Below are positions 20,156 to 29,410 of a stretch of 64,000 bases of DNA, piece by piece. This stretch comes from a virus: positions 1-64,000 of the IMG/VR virus record IMGVR_UViG_3300028361_000023; one strand, 5' to 3'. Position 1 is the first letter of the stretch, and every line of letters begins with the position of its first letter. Under the pieces are notes generated by a model. That model was not told where the DNA came from and made no database searches. It saw nothing but the letters and a program-made list of their open reading frames with translations. A program made the translations under genes and the position numbers.

Positions 20156-20857
20156 TTAATTTAACGTATTTATAAATTCGTAAAGTTTTTTATTCCATTT
20201 TGCATCATCTAAACTATTATGTTCATTGCTTTGTGTAGGGTATTTACTATTAGTTTTTAAGTATTTTAATTTACTTTCTAAAGTTAAATTAGAGTGTTGG
20301 TCATCATCATAAATTTTTGCTGCTTCATTAAGTGTTACTTTTAAATCGTTGCTAAACATAGGAAAACCCTTAGGCAAATTTAACATTCTACCAAATATCC
20401 AACAAAACACAACCCAATCATAATTACCATAATAACCATAAAATTCAATAGGATCGTCAGGAAGAAGAGTATCTAATTGTAAAGCTCCATTTACAGTATA
20501 ATCATTATAAACATAATGTGTAATTTCTTCTTTAATAGTTTTTTTAGGCTTACCTATTTTATTTATACAAGCTTTAAAGTTATCTAAAGTAAAATTAAAA
20601 GTAGCTTTTTGTGGTACATATTCTCTAAAAATAGAATAAAGAACATTATTTCTAATCCAGTAGTTATCTTTTTCTTTGTCTTTAGAATCATTCCTGTACC
20701 AAGCTTCGTAAATATCAAATTCATTACTTATAGCATAGTAAGTATTTCCATTAGTATTAGTTATTCCTATACTGATAAGGTCTATAGTAGGATCGCTATG
20801 TGTTTTACTTATTGTTTTAGTTCCTTCTAAGAACTCTGTGTCAAAAAAATATTTCAT
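20156..20857 (-). CDS. DEDDh 3'-5' exonuclease (Rv2179c-like family)
   Basis: YFFDTEF, LISIGI, YDWV, HNSLDDAKW motifs. Confidence 0.8.
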   Translation of the reverse strand: MKYFFDTEFLEGTKTISKTHSDPTIDLISIGITNTNGNTYYAISNEFDIYEAWYRNDSKDKEKDNYWIRNNVLYSIFREYVPQKATFNFTLDNFKACINKIGKPKKTIKEEITHYVYNDYTVNGALQLDTLLPDDPIEFYGYYGNYDWVVFCWIFGRMLNLPKGFPMFSNDLKVTLNEAAKIYDDDQHSNLTLESKLKYLKTNSKYPTQSNEHNSLDDAKWNKKLYEFINTLN

Positions 20858-20859
20858 TA

Positions 20860-21105
20860 TTACTTTTCTTCTATTTGATATGTTATATTTATTTTTAATT
20901 TTACTTTTTTCATATATTCTTTTACATCATTACTAACATTCATTAATAAAGATTTTCCTAATATATAAGCATCAGCAAGTTCTTTAGATTGTTTTAAATT
21001 TAAACCAGTACAGATTCTTACAAGTTTAACTGCTTGTAGTTTTTCACCAGTATCTCTATAATGGTTATATAATTGTATAAATTGTTTTTGTGTCATATTT
21101 TTCAT
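20860..21105 (-). CDS. Protein with ribosomal bL12 (L7/L12) C-terminal-like domain
   Basis: KLQAVKLVRICTGLNLKQSKELAD resembles the bL12 CTD signature K(I/L)xVIKxVRxxTGLGLKEAKxLV(D/E). Confidence 0.65.
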   Translation of the reverse strand: MKNMTQKQFIQLYNHYRDTGEKLQAVKLVRICTGLNLKQSKELADAYILGKSLLMNVSNDVKEYMKKVKLKINITYQIEEK

Positions 21106-21383
21106 TCTAAACTTGTACCATCAATAGGACTAGTACTTTGTCCTTCCATATAATCATCTTTTCTATATGGGTAATTGTTTTCATAATGAAAGTCGCAATA
21201 ATTACCTGTAAAAATACCATGAAAATCACTATAAGGTTCCCCTTCTTTTTCACAATCTTTATGTCTACAAGTAGGTACACTCCTATAATTATAATCTGTA
21301 TTGAATGTAAAGTCTTTTACTTCTTCTTCAAATTGACTTCTCATTACTTCATTACATTCGTCATCTTCTACTATATATATCAT
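21102..21383 (-). CDS. Hypothetical protein, possible Cys/His metal site
   Basis: CRHKDC...YCDFHY; overlapping start/stop with neighbours. Confidence 0.6.
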   Translation of the reverse strand: MIYIVEDDECNEVMRSQFEEEVKDFTFNTDYNYRSVPTCRHKDCEKEGEPYSDFHGIFTGNYCDFHYENNYPYRKDDYMEGQSTSPIDGTSLE

Positions 21384-21535
21384 ATTACTTCTTGTATTTT
21401 AATTGACATAAAGAAAGGAGAACCTTTTAGTTTAACTCTTATTTTTTCTCCTTTTTCATACTTTTCTACTACTTCTGCATTTCTAATATCTCCTTTAACA
21501 TTTATTCTTATTGTTTCTCTTTTTGTATATATCAT
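21380..21535 (-). CDS. Small hypothetical protein not in the ORF track (51 aa, MIYTKRETIRINVKGD...IKIQEVI)
   Basis: Fills the gap exactly with ATGA overlaps at both ends. Confidence 0.7.
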   Translation of the reverse strand: MIYTKRETIRINVKGDIRNAEVVEKYEKGEKIRVKLKGSPFFMSIKIQEVI

Positions 21536-22326
21536 ATTATTTTTTCTTTTCTTAATATTATTTTTTCTTTTCTTAATATTATTTTAACTGCTTCTATTAA
21601 TTCTTCAATAGTACCATTATTATGTATAGTATAATCAAATTGAGCATCATCAAGAGCAGTTTCAGAGTGGTGTTCATATAAATTATCACCTCCTTCTAAT
21701 GTAACTCTAGGTCTATTAATTCTAACACTAATACCACCTTTACTTTTAACAGCTTCAAGTTCATTTGGAAATCTCATATCTGTAATAATCCAATTAGATT
21801 CTACATAATTAATACCAGAGATAATTCCTCTATTTTCAGATATATACTTACTCATCAAAGCATTTACCCAAATATTAGGATGAATTATATCTCTACCACA
21901 ATCAGTACCTAAAAGTTGAAGAAGTTTTCTTGGTGTGAGTTTAATAATATAAGTATCAACTTCTGCTTCATCTAAAGGACTAAATACAGTACTATTTACA
22001 GTTTGTATAAATAACTTTCTATCTGAAATAGGAAGCATAATATTATCAAATTTATAATACCACCACTCTTCACCTAATTCTTTCTCTTTAAACTCTCTAT
22101 CTTCTAATTCTTCTCTAGTACAATTAAGTAATAAACAAACTATATCTTTAAGTTTATCGGCAAATCTTTTAATTTTCCAATATGATTTTTTAATATTAGG
22201 AGTTTTTTGAAATTTTTCAAAACTTTCCTTATAGTTATGATTATATTGACTATCTACATATTGAATAATAGCAGCAAGAGTATCCTTACCACTATTAATT
22301 TTTCCGCTAATCGCTAAAATACTCAT
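21532..22326 (-). CDS. Deoxynucleoside monophosphate kinase
   Basis: N-terminal P-loop SGKINSGKDT, FADKLKD, PRKLLQLLGTD.GR, ITDMRFPNE, HHSETALD. Confidence 0.9.
   Translation of the reverse strand: MSILAISGKINSGKDTLAAIIQYVDSQYNHNYKESFEKFQKTPNIKKSYWKIKRFADKLKDIVCLLLNCTREELEDREFKEKELGEEWWYYKFDNIMLPISDRKLFIQTVNSTVFSPLDEAEVDTYIIKLTPRKLLQLLGTDCGRDIIHPNIWVNALMSKYISENRGIISGINYVESNWIITDMRFPNELEAVKSKGGISVRINRPRVTLEGGDNLYEHHSETALDDAQFDYTIHNNGTIEELIEAVKIILRKEKIILRKEKII
21534..21585 (-). repeat. 21-bp tandem duplication giving C-terminal KIILRKE-KIILRKE-KII
   Basis: ATATTATTTTTTCTTTTCTTA x2.5 on the + strand. Confidence 0.85.
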
Positions 22327-22331
22327 ACTTT

Positions 22332-23036
22332 TTAATCTATTATAAGTTCATCGTTAATCCAACCTCTAGCTTTACTAATAATTGGACATTGTTCTATAAG
22401 TATAGCTTTCATTTCCTTAGCTATAAGTTGTATTTCTTTTTGAGCATGACCATCATCACGAATATCAATAAGATGTATCCAACTTCTAATAGTACCAGTC
22501 ATGTATATAGTTGTAGATGTTGCCATAGGAAGAACCATTCTAGCACACTCTTTAGCAACTCCGGCATTTATAAGTTTGTTATATAAATCTTTAGTTTGCT
22601 CTATGTGTCCTTCTATAAGATCAGTTGCTGCTATACTTCCAGGAGCGTAACCTCCTAAATAACTTTCTGTTTTTATTGTAGGATTAAACACATTAGTACT
22701 ACTTTGTCTATTAGTAACAGCTCGTTTTCTAATTTCAATAGGTTCTATATCAGTAACTCTAGCGTATCTTTGACTAAATTCTTGAAAAGTAAAACTTCTA
22801 TGTCTAAGTAATTGTATTCCAATAGCTTTACTTGTAGCTATTTCCATAGTAATACTAGCATGCTCAAAAACAGACCAATGATTATTTTTTATACAATGAT
22901 TTAATAAAGGTATAGGATCGTCTAGTTTATCTTTTCTTGAAGAAGAAACTCTAGCTATTGAAACACTTATTTCTTCTAATGATTTACCTGCTAACTCTCC
23001 TTGTCCTTGTGTTGTTGCAATTAATTTTACATTCAT
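22332..23036 (-). CDS. thyX: Flavin-dependent thymidylate synthase
   Basis: HWSVFEH, QLLRHRSFTFQEFSQRY (RHRx7S), ECARMVLP, HAQKEI. Confidence 0.95.
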   Translation of the reverse strand: MNVKLIATTQGQGELAGKSLEEISVSIARVSSSRKDKLDDPIPLLNHCIKNNHWSVFEHASITMEIATSKAIGIQLLRHRSFTFQEFSQRYARVTDIEPIEIRKRAVTNRQSSTNVFNPTIKTESYLGGYAPGSIAATDLIEGHIEQTKDLYNKLINAGVAKECARMVLPMATSTTIYMTGTIRSWIHLIDIRDDGHAQKEIQLIAKEMKAILIEQCPIISKARGWINDELIID

Positions 23037-23058
23037 TTTTTAATTTTACATTCATTTT

Positions 23059-23421
23059 TTAATATTTCATTTGTTTTAATTTATATTTTTTTATTAATTT
23101 ATTACCTTCTACTCTACTTATAAAAATATACCCAAAATAAGAAGGTTCATTATGTAAAGTACTTACACATAACTCAAATTTTTCATTAAAATTTGGATGT
23201 TGTACGTCTTTATCTATAAAAGTATTATGACTTGTAGGAGATAAAAATTTATCTAATATTTCATATATCGTAAATTCTTTGTCTATTTTTCTAGACCAAG
23301 AAACATTACAATCTAGTTTATGTACAACTACACTATCCGCAACTGCTATAGCATCTTCGTAAAATTCTATTAATTTAGCTGTTGTATCGAATTGTTTTAA
23401 TTCGTAAAATCCATTATTCAT
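23059..23421 (-). CDS. Hypothetical protein
   Basis: 120-aa ORF in operon. Confidence 0.65.
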   Translation of the reverse strand: MNNGFYELKQFDTTAKLIEFYEDAIAVADSVVVHKLDCNVSWSRKIDKEFTIYEILDKFLSPTSHNTFIDKDVQHPNFNEKFELCVSTLHNEPSYFGYIFISRVEGNKLIKKYKLKQMKY

Positions 23422-24077
23422 ATTTGTTCTGTTCTATTATTTAATACTTTTCTTATGTTTTCTTGGTATAATAAAGAAGGATTATGATTTAAAGTTTCGC
23501 CCCATATTAATTTTTCTTTTAAATCTCTAGTAATACTATTACAATGTATAATTCTTTTAACTAATAAATCATAATCAAAAGTCATTTCACCTATTCTATA
23601 TTCTAAAGTTTTACAATGTCCATGTACTCTTACCCAACAACGTCTACGAGAAACGTCTCTTCTATTATATTTACCTTTATAATCCCAAGTATCTAATTCT
23701 TTTAAAATTTCTTCTTTATATTTTGTAATTACTTCATCAGTTATTAAGTCATAATTATCTGTAAAATCTACATGATAATGTACACCACTTAAAGGATTTA
23801 GTTCACTATTTAGTTTAAGTTGTATGGATATATCATAAAGACAAATTAAACCTTTTAAACCACTAGGAATTTGAAATCTTTGTTCGTAACTGTCAATTTT
23901 ACATTCAATTAAATTAGGTATATTTTTAAAGCTATCTAAATTAAAATCAGATGCTTGACTACATTCAACTTCAAAACCTGTTTTATAAGGTAAATAATAA
24001 TTTGCTAATTCTTGCAAACTACTATTTACCTTTAAAACTTTAGGTGTTGTTAATAGTATACTATCAATACTCTCCAC
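23418..24077 (-). CDS. Putative amidoligase (COOH-NH2 ligase-type) enzyme
   Basis: GFEVEC, E.R, SGVHYHVD and KTLEYR follow the GxExE..GxHxH..TxExR pattern. Confidence 0.65.
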   Translation of the reverse strand: MESIDSILLTTPKVLKVNSSLQELANYYLPYKTGFEVECSQASDFNLDSFKNIPNLIECKIDSYEQRFQIPSGLKGLICLYDISIQLKLNSELNPLSGVHYHVDFTDNYDLITDEVITKYKEEILKELDTWDYKGKYNRRDVSRRRCWVRVHGHCKTLEYRIGEMTFDYDLLVKRIIHCNSITRDLKEKLIWGETLNHNPSLLYQENIRKVLNNRTEQI

Positions 24078-24525
24078 TTGATCTTTTAGAACTTGGAGCA
24101 GATTTAGCTTTAGGTATTCTAGCTAATACAGCTCTAGCTTCAGCTATTTCCTCATCTGTGGGTGTACCTTTACTTGCTTTAGGTTTTGGTTTGCTAGAAG
24201 TAGGAGTTTTAGTATTACTTTTCTTAGCTGCTTTTGTTTCAGCTTTTTTTGCTGTTTTGTCTTTTTCCATAGAACTAATAATTCTACTTTTTTTAGTAGG
24301 TGTATTAGCTTTATTAAAAGATTCAACAGATTTTAAAATGTTATCTCTTTCTTCTTTATCAGCAATACTTCTAGAATATTTCCTACCATCAATAGACATT
24401 ACAATAGTTCTACCAAATTGTTTAGCAGCTATTTGTTCTTTAGTTGATGTCTTCTGTGATTTTGATACTACTTTTGGTGTTGTTTTTTTCGTAGATTTCT
24501 TTTTGTTTGTTGTTGTCTTTACCAT
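24064..24525 (-). CDS. Highly basic Lys/Thr/Ser-rich protein (possible DNA-binding)
   Basis: Low-complexity K/T/S/A/P composition; follows the rIIA-like gene. Confidence 0.6.
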   Translation of the reverse strand: MVKTTTNKKKSTKKTTPKVVSKSQKTSTKEQIAAKQFGRTIVMSIDGRKYSRSIADKEERDNILKSVESFNKANTPTKKSRIISSMEKDKTAKKAETKAAKKSNTKTPTSSKPKPKASKGTPTDEEIAEARAVLARIPKAKSAPSSKRSSGEY

Positions 24526-26779
24526 AATAATTTTCGTTAAATTTTAATACTTTTTTGTTACTGATTATTTCTCTTATATACTTATCTGGACTACCTAATT
24601 TTATATAATTTAATATGTCCAATTTCTCGTGTAATTCTATTAATTTATTTATTTTATCTTCATATTGTAATTGATTAATTGTTAAATTTTTTTTCTTTTG
24701 TAAAGATATGTTATCTATAGTATCTTTAAAATATAGATAATAATCTCCTTCGTGATCTCTAAAACTTTGTTTATTTACTGTTAAGTACTTACCTGTATTA
24801 AATTGTGTATTTATTTTATAGTTTTGAGTTATAAAATTATAAAATTTACTGTAATAAGTACTATAGTTAAATACATAACTTCCCCATAATTTTTGTCTAA
24901 TTAAATAAGAAACTCTTAATCTATTAAAATGATTTTTAAATATACTTATTTTAAACACATCTGAAATATGTTTAAATCCTTCTTTTTTTCTTATCTTTTT
25001 AACAGTTGTTGGATTAACAAATATAAGTTTTATTTTTGGTTTTACTTGTATTTTTTGTTTTACTAATTGACCTTTAAATCTACCTTTTACATTTTTATAT
25101 GTAGTAGTTTTTTTAACATAATAATCAGGAAGATTCTCAAATAAATAATTATAATTAATACAATCTAAAGGATTACTTCTTCTATCAGCATAAAATACAA
25201 ATTTATATTGATCTGCTAAATACCCATAAGAAATAGTGTGTCTTTCACCATCTAAATTATAATATGTTATTAGTTCTTTTCTAGCTTGTGTTAATTCTTT
25301 TTGTTCTTGTCTGATTTGTTCTTTCCATTTTTCTGGAGCTATTCCATCATAAAGAGGGATTTTTTTTATAACATAACTTTCTATAAATTTTATTAAGTTA
25401 TATACTACATGAGCAGTATTTTCTTTATAGGCAGTCTTAAAAATATTTGTAGAACTTGTAGGTTCATGATTATATATAACTCTATTTAGTTTATTAGCGA
25501 TAAACTTGAAATATTTTTGTCGTATTTTTCTTTTACTAATGATAAAACCATTATCAATATATTTACTATCATAACCATTAATACTGTCTTGTAAATAAAA
25601 CAAATTTTCATTTTGATGAATTATAGTATTTTTTTCAAAAAAATTTTCTGTTAATTTACCAAAACTTAATTTTTGAATTTTAAACATAGATAAAAAATTA
25701 GAAATATCTTCTTTTTTTAAATCTAAATCTGGATAATGAGAAAAAGAAACTTTAGTTTTAATATTAGACATATTTATTTCGATGCCTTTTATTTTTAATT
25801 TAGGTTTTTTATCTAAACCTCCTACAACTCTAAGATAACTAAAAAAATCATCCATTTTAAGTTGTTCTTCGTATTTATTAATTAATAAACATTTTACTTT
25901 TTCGATTTTTTCAAGTACTAAAGCAATAACAGGTTCAGTATAATTAATTTCTTCTCTACTTAAAGTTACTTCTAATTCACTAATATCAAATTTAATAGCT
26001 ACAGGTATATCAACTCTAGGTATACCTAAAGTATTCCAATTAATAGGATAAGCAACTTGACCTAAAGCAATATGCATTTCGTCACCAAAAGGACGATCTT
26101 GGTTTCTTAATTTATAAAACTCATTTTCATATATTTTAAAATGATTATCATAACCATATATATTATGTTTTACATAAACATTATTAAAATAAGCTAATTG
26201 CTTAACACAAGCTTGGTAAAATTTCCACACATCGTCATAGTTTTTTATAATTACTTTAACTATAGTTCCGCTATTTTTATCAGTAACGCTGTTTTCTAAT
26301 AATGTTGCTATAGGTAAATTAGTTTCTGTATCCCAACCTACAATATAAGAATTTAATATTCCATTATTAATAGTCGTAATTTCATATGAATCTTGATAAG
26401 CTAAAGGCGTTTTTGAACCTAATCCCCAACCGCCTATATTTTCATCACTGTCTCTTTTATCAGAATTAAACCATTTCATATAAGTGTTCTTAAACTTATT
26501 GGCCGACATACCTAAGCCTTCGTCTTTAACTTCTATATAATAATCGTCTCCTTCTTTATCTACTATAACTAAAACAGGCTTCTCAGAACCAGCTTCAGTA
26601 TTTGCATCTACTCCATTAGAAGCTAATTCTCGAACCATAGAAGAAATAGAATCAGAATATAGATTACGAGATACAGCTCCAAGAGCTATACCTAAATCTT
26701 GTTTCCTAATACTAGAAGCTATTTCTCCTCCAAATTCTCCTACTTTTTTTGTCTCTAAATTGTTTTGTTTTAATTTCAT
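24440..26779 (-). CDS. rIIA-like protein with N-terminal GHKL (Hsp90/MORC-type) ATPase
   Basis: VRELASNGVDA, VKDEGLGMS, IGGWGLGSKTP, SGTIV; later LSREEINYT. Confidence 0.85.
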   Translation of the reverse strand: MKLKQNNLETKKVGEFGGEIASSIRKQDLGIALGAVSRNLYSDSISSMVRELASNGVDANTEAGSEKPVLVIVDKEGDDYYIEVKDEGLGMSANKFKNTYMKWFNSDKRDSDENIGGWGLGSKTPLAYQDSYEITTINNGILNSYIVGWDTETNLPIATLLENSVTDKNSGTIVKVIIKNYDDVWKFYQACVKQLAYFNNVYVKHNIYGYDNHFKIYENEFYKLRNQDRPFGDEMHIALGQVAYPINWNTLGIPRVDIPVAIKFDISELEVTLSREEINYTEPVIALVLEKIEKVKCLLINKYEEQLKMDDFFSYLRVVGGLDKKPKLKIKGIEINMSNIKTKVSFSHYPDLDLKKEDISNFLSMFKIQKLSFGKLTENFFEKNTIIHQNENLFYLQDSINGYDSKYIDNGFIISKRKIRQKYFKFIANKLNRVIYNHEPTSSTNIFKTAYKENTAHVVYNLIKFIESYVIKKIPLYDGIAPEKWKEQIRQEQKELTQARKELITYYNLDGERHTISYGYLADQYKFVFYADRRSNPLDCINYNYLFENLPDYYVKKTTTYKNVKGRFKGQLVKQKIQVKPKIKLIFVNPTTVKKIRKKEGFKHISDVFKISIFKNHFNRLRVSYLIRQKLWGSYVFNYSTYYSKFYNFITQNYKINTQFNTGKYLTVNKQSFRDHEGDYYLYFKDTIDNISLQKKKNLTINQLQYEDKINKLIELHEKLDILNYIKLGSPDKYIREIISNKKVLKFNENYYGKDNNKQKEIYEKNNTKSSIKITEDIN
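25417..25434 (-). repeat. Dispersed 18-bp motif copy 5 (CTGCCTATAAAGAAAATA)
   Basis: Consensus match inside the rIIA-like gene. Confidence 0.9.
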
Positions 26780-26791
26780 AATTGTTTTGTT

Positions 26792-27646
26792 TTAAAATAT
26801 GTACCTAATAATACACCATTTAATATGTTTATTATGTATTTGTTTAAATTGTTGAATATAATTAAATTTAAGATAACTTTTATATCTTAAATTTCTTCCT
26901 CCATATTGTGATTGTTTATATTCTTGTAACGAAGGTTGCCATAATATTTTTTCTGATTTATTATTAGAATCAACATTAGCTATATGTTTTTTATCGTTAT
27001 GAGTCAGAAAAATAACTTCACATTTTACTTTATCTTTGTTTTTTACTAAATTATTAACCAGTATAAAAAGTTCTTCATAATCTTTTAACCATGTTTTATA
27101 AACAATAACAGGACTAAAATTTATATGAACATCATAACCAGCTTTAATAAAAATATCAATAGCTTTTATTCTTTCTATAATTAAAGAAGTATTAGGTTCT
27201 ACTAATTTTCTAAGAACTTCTGGCATTAAACTAAACCTAATTCTAATCTTATTATTAGGATTATAGTTAAGAAATTCTTTTGGAACATATTTAGTAGCAA
27301 AAGTGGCTTTTGCTTTTGGATGATTTTTAAAAAAATTAAATATACTTTTCCAATCATAATATTTATTATGTAGTGCAAAATCTTCATTACAACTTATATC
27401 ATAAGTTACAAAATCAGAATCAGTTTGGTTAGGTTTTTCTACTTCACAAAAAGCTACGTGAGTATTAATTGTACTTAATATTTGTGTAATATTAGTAGCA
27501 ACAGTTAATCCTTCAGGCTTATGTCTTTTCATATAACAATAATGACAATTATATAAACAACCAAAACCAAAAGAAGGACTAATATAATCACTACTCCTAC
27601 CACTAAATCTAATTTTCATAGATTTTCTATTTACTTTTTCTATCAT
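26792..27646 (-). CDS. Spore photoproduct lyase-like radical SAM enzyme
   Basis: GCLYNCHYCY (CxxxCxxC), YDISCNEDF, FATKYV, RIRFSLMP, INFSPVI, QYGGRNLRY. Confidence 0.85.
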   Translation of the reverse strand: MIEKVNRKSMKIRFSGRSSDYISPSFGFGCLYNCHYCYMKRHKPEGLTVATNITQILSTINTHVAFCEVEKPNQTDSDFVTYDISCNEDFALHNKYYDWKSIFNFFKNHPKAKATFATKYVPKEFLNYNPNNKIRIRFSLMPEVLRKLVEPNTSLIIERIKAIDIFIKAGYDVHINFSPVIVYKTWLKDYEELFILVNNLVKNKDKVKCEVIFLTHNDKKHIANVDSNNKSEKILWQPSLQEYKQSQYGGRNLRYKSYLKFNYIQQFKQIHNKHIKWCIIRYIF

Positions 27647-27649
27647 TTT

Positions 27650-28063
27650 TTAAATTAACTTATAAACAGCTACAATATTACTAAAATTAAAATTAACTAA
27701 CTCTTTATTATATACATAATAATGACGATTATTGTCAGAAATCTCTAAATAATTTCCAGAAACATTAAAATGAGTTTTAACATAAAAAACATGTAAATTA
27801 TTATTTTGTTTTTTAATAATCATATAACGACCTCTTTCTTTAACGATATGTACTCCTGCAACTTCTGTAATAAACTCTCTTACATCTTCATCTGGACCTG
27901 TATATAACAAAAAAAGCATAGGAAAATCTCTTCCCATGCTTTTAACTTTATCAGCAACTTGTTCTATAGTTGGATTAATTATATTTACATCTACATTATA
28001 AATATTCTTAAAGAAAAACGCTACACACTTACTTGATTGTAAACCTTGTTTGTCCGATTTCAT
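27650..28063 (-). CDS. Hypothetical protein
   Basis: ORF in operon. Confidence 0.55.
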   Translation of the reverse strand: MKSDKQGLQSSKCVAFFFKNIYNVDVNIINPTIEQVADKVKSMGRDFPMLFLLYTGPDEDVREFITEVAGVHIVKERGRYMIIKKQNNNLHVFYVKTHFNVSGNYLEISDNNRHYYVYNKELVNFNFSNIVAVYKLI

Positions 28064-28631
28064 TGTAAGTAGGTAATGTAACTTCTACAAATTCTTGACC
28101 ATTTGGAACTATTTCAAAATTACAATCTTGTTCCTTAATCATATTAACAACATCTGGACCAATAGTAAAAGTTCCACCTTTTAAAGTATCTTTAGCACCA
28201 CGTGCAGCAATTGCTTTAGTTTGAAGTTCTTTTTCTACAATTTTAAGTCTAGTTTTAATAGCTAATTCAGCAGCTTTCAATTCTAAATATTCTGGATGGT
28301 TACATTCAGACCAATTAAAATATTTTCTATTAGCACTACTAACTTTACTTAACCCATCTGGAAGTATACCGTGTTCGTCTTGGTATTCTTCTAAAGCAGA
28401 ATCTACTTTCTTTTTAAAAGCTTTACCTTTTTCAAGTTTAATTCCTGTTTGACCAACTCCAAAAGCCTTTTCAACTAATTTTTCAGCTTTTTTAACTCCC
28501 ATAGCAAAAATTACAAACTCTTCAGGTTCTAATTCTTCAGCTTTACTATGAAAATTATCTATTAGTTCTGTCATTGGTGTTGCCTGTAATTGCGGCAACA
28601 ACTTCTTATAATCTGATATCTCGTTCTCCAT
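28029..28631 (-). CDS. Hypothetical protein
   Basis: 200-aa ORF in operon. Confidence 0.7.
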   Translation of the reverse strand: MENEISDYKKLLPQLQATPMTELIDNFHSKAEELEPEEFVIFAMGVKKAEKLVEKAFGVGQTGIKLEKGKAFKKKVDSALEEYQDEHGILPDGLSKVSSANRKYFNWSECNHPEYLELKAAELAIKTRLKIVEKELQTKAIAARGAKDTLKGGTFTIGPDVVNMIKEQDCNFEIVPNGQEFVEVTLPTYNEIGQTRFTIK

Positions 28632-29052
28632 TTACTTCTTGTATTTTTTCCATTGTTAAACTCACATCTATTGTTCTAATTTGCATACAGTGGTATTCAT
28701 CATTAGATATAAAACCGTTAAAACTAAAACTAGAAGTTTGTGCATGTTTAGATAACATAACTCTTTTACCAACAAGATCTTGTTCTTCTTTATCACCTAC
28801 AGCAATCACTAATAAACCTTTAGCATAAGCGATACTTGCTTCTTTACTACGATTATCGTCTTTAACATCCATATTAGTAGAAAGTAGTAAACCTGATTTA
28901 GTTATTCTTGGTACTCTTGAAGGTATAATCATAGTATAACCTTTTCTTGGCTTGTAATAATCTTTATACTTTTTCACTAATTCAACATCTGTAAGAGTAC
29001 TCTCTTCGTATTGTTTTCTTTGAACTTGTAATTCTGTTTTTTTTTGTTCCAT
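28606..29052 (-). CDS. GroES/Cpn10-like co-chaperonin
   Basis: Mobile-loop-like ITKSGLLL, then VIAVGD and VGKRVML. Confidence 0.6.
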   Translation of the reverse strand: MEQKKTELQVQRKQYEESTLTDVELVKKYKDYYKPRKGYTMIIPSRVPRITKSGLLLSTNMDVKDDNRSKEASIAYAKGLLVIAVGDKEEQDLVGKRVMLSKHAQTSSFSFNGFISNDEYHCMQIRTIDVSLTMEKIQEVNGERDIRL

Positions 29053-29071
29053 TTTATTATTTATTTATTTA

Positions 29072-29410
29072 TTATTTTGGTTTACCACTTGAGTAATATA
29101 ATTCAGTAGCTTTATTTGGTTCTCCTATTACAGGATTATAAGCAGGAGGTTTTTGAACATCAATAAATCTTGGTAAAGTACCAGTAGTACCAGTACCGAC
29201 TTTTTCATGATAATATTTAGCAGATATACTTTTTAATACACCACTACTAAACAACTCCATTAAAAGATAAACTCCAGAATCAAAATCATCCGGTTTTACA
29301 CCATTAGGAAAATATCCATGATTTATATAAAGTTTATTATTTCTAACATTTCTAACTAAACTACCTTTAGCTGCTGCTTTTTTATTAGCTTCTATTTGTT
29401 TAATTCCCAT
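29072..29410 (-). CDS. Hypothetical protein
   Basis: 112-aa ORF in operon. Confidence 0.65.
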   Translation of the reverse strand: MGIKQIEANKKAAAKGSLVRNVRNNKLYINHGYFPNGVKPDDFDSGVYLLMELFSSGVLKSISAKYYHEKVGTGTTGTLPRFIDVQKPPAYNPVIGEPNKATELYYSSGKPK

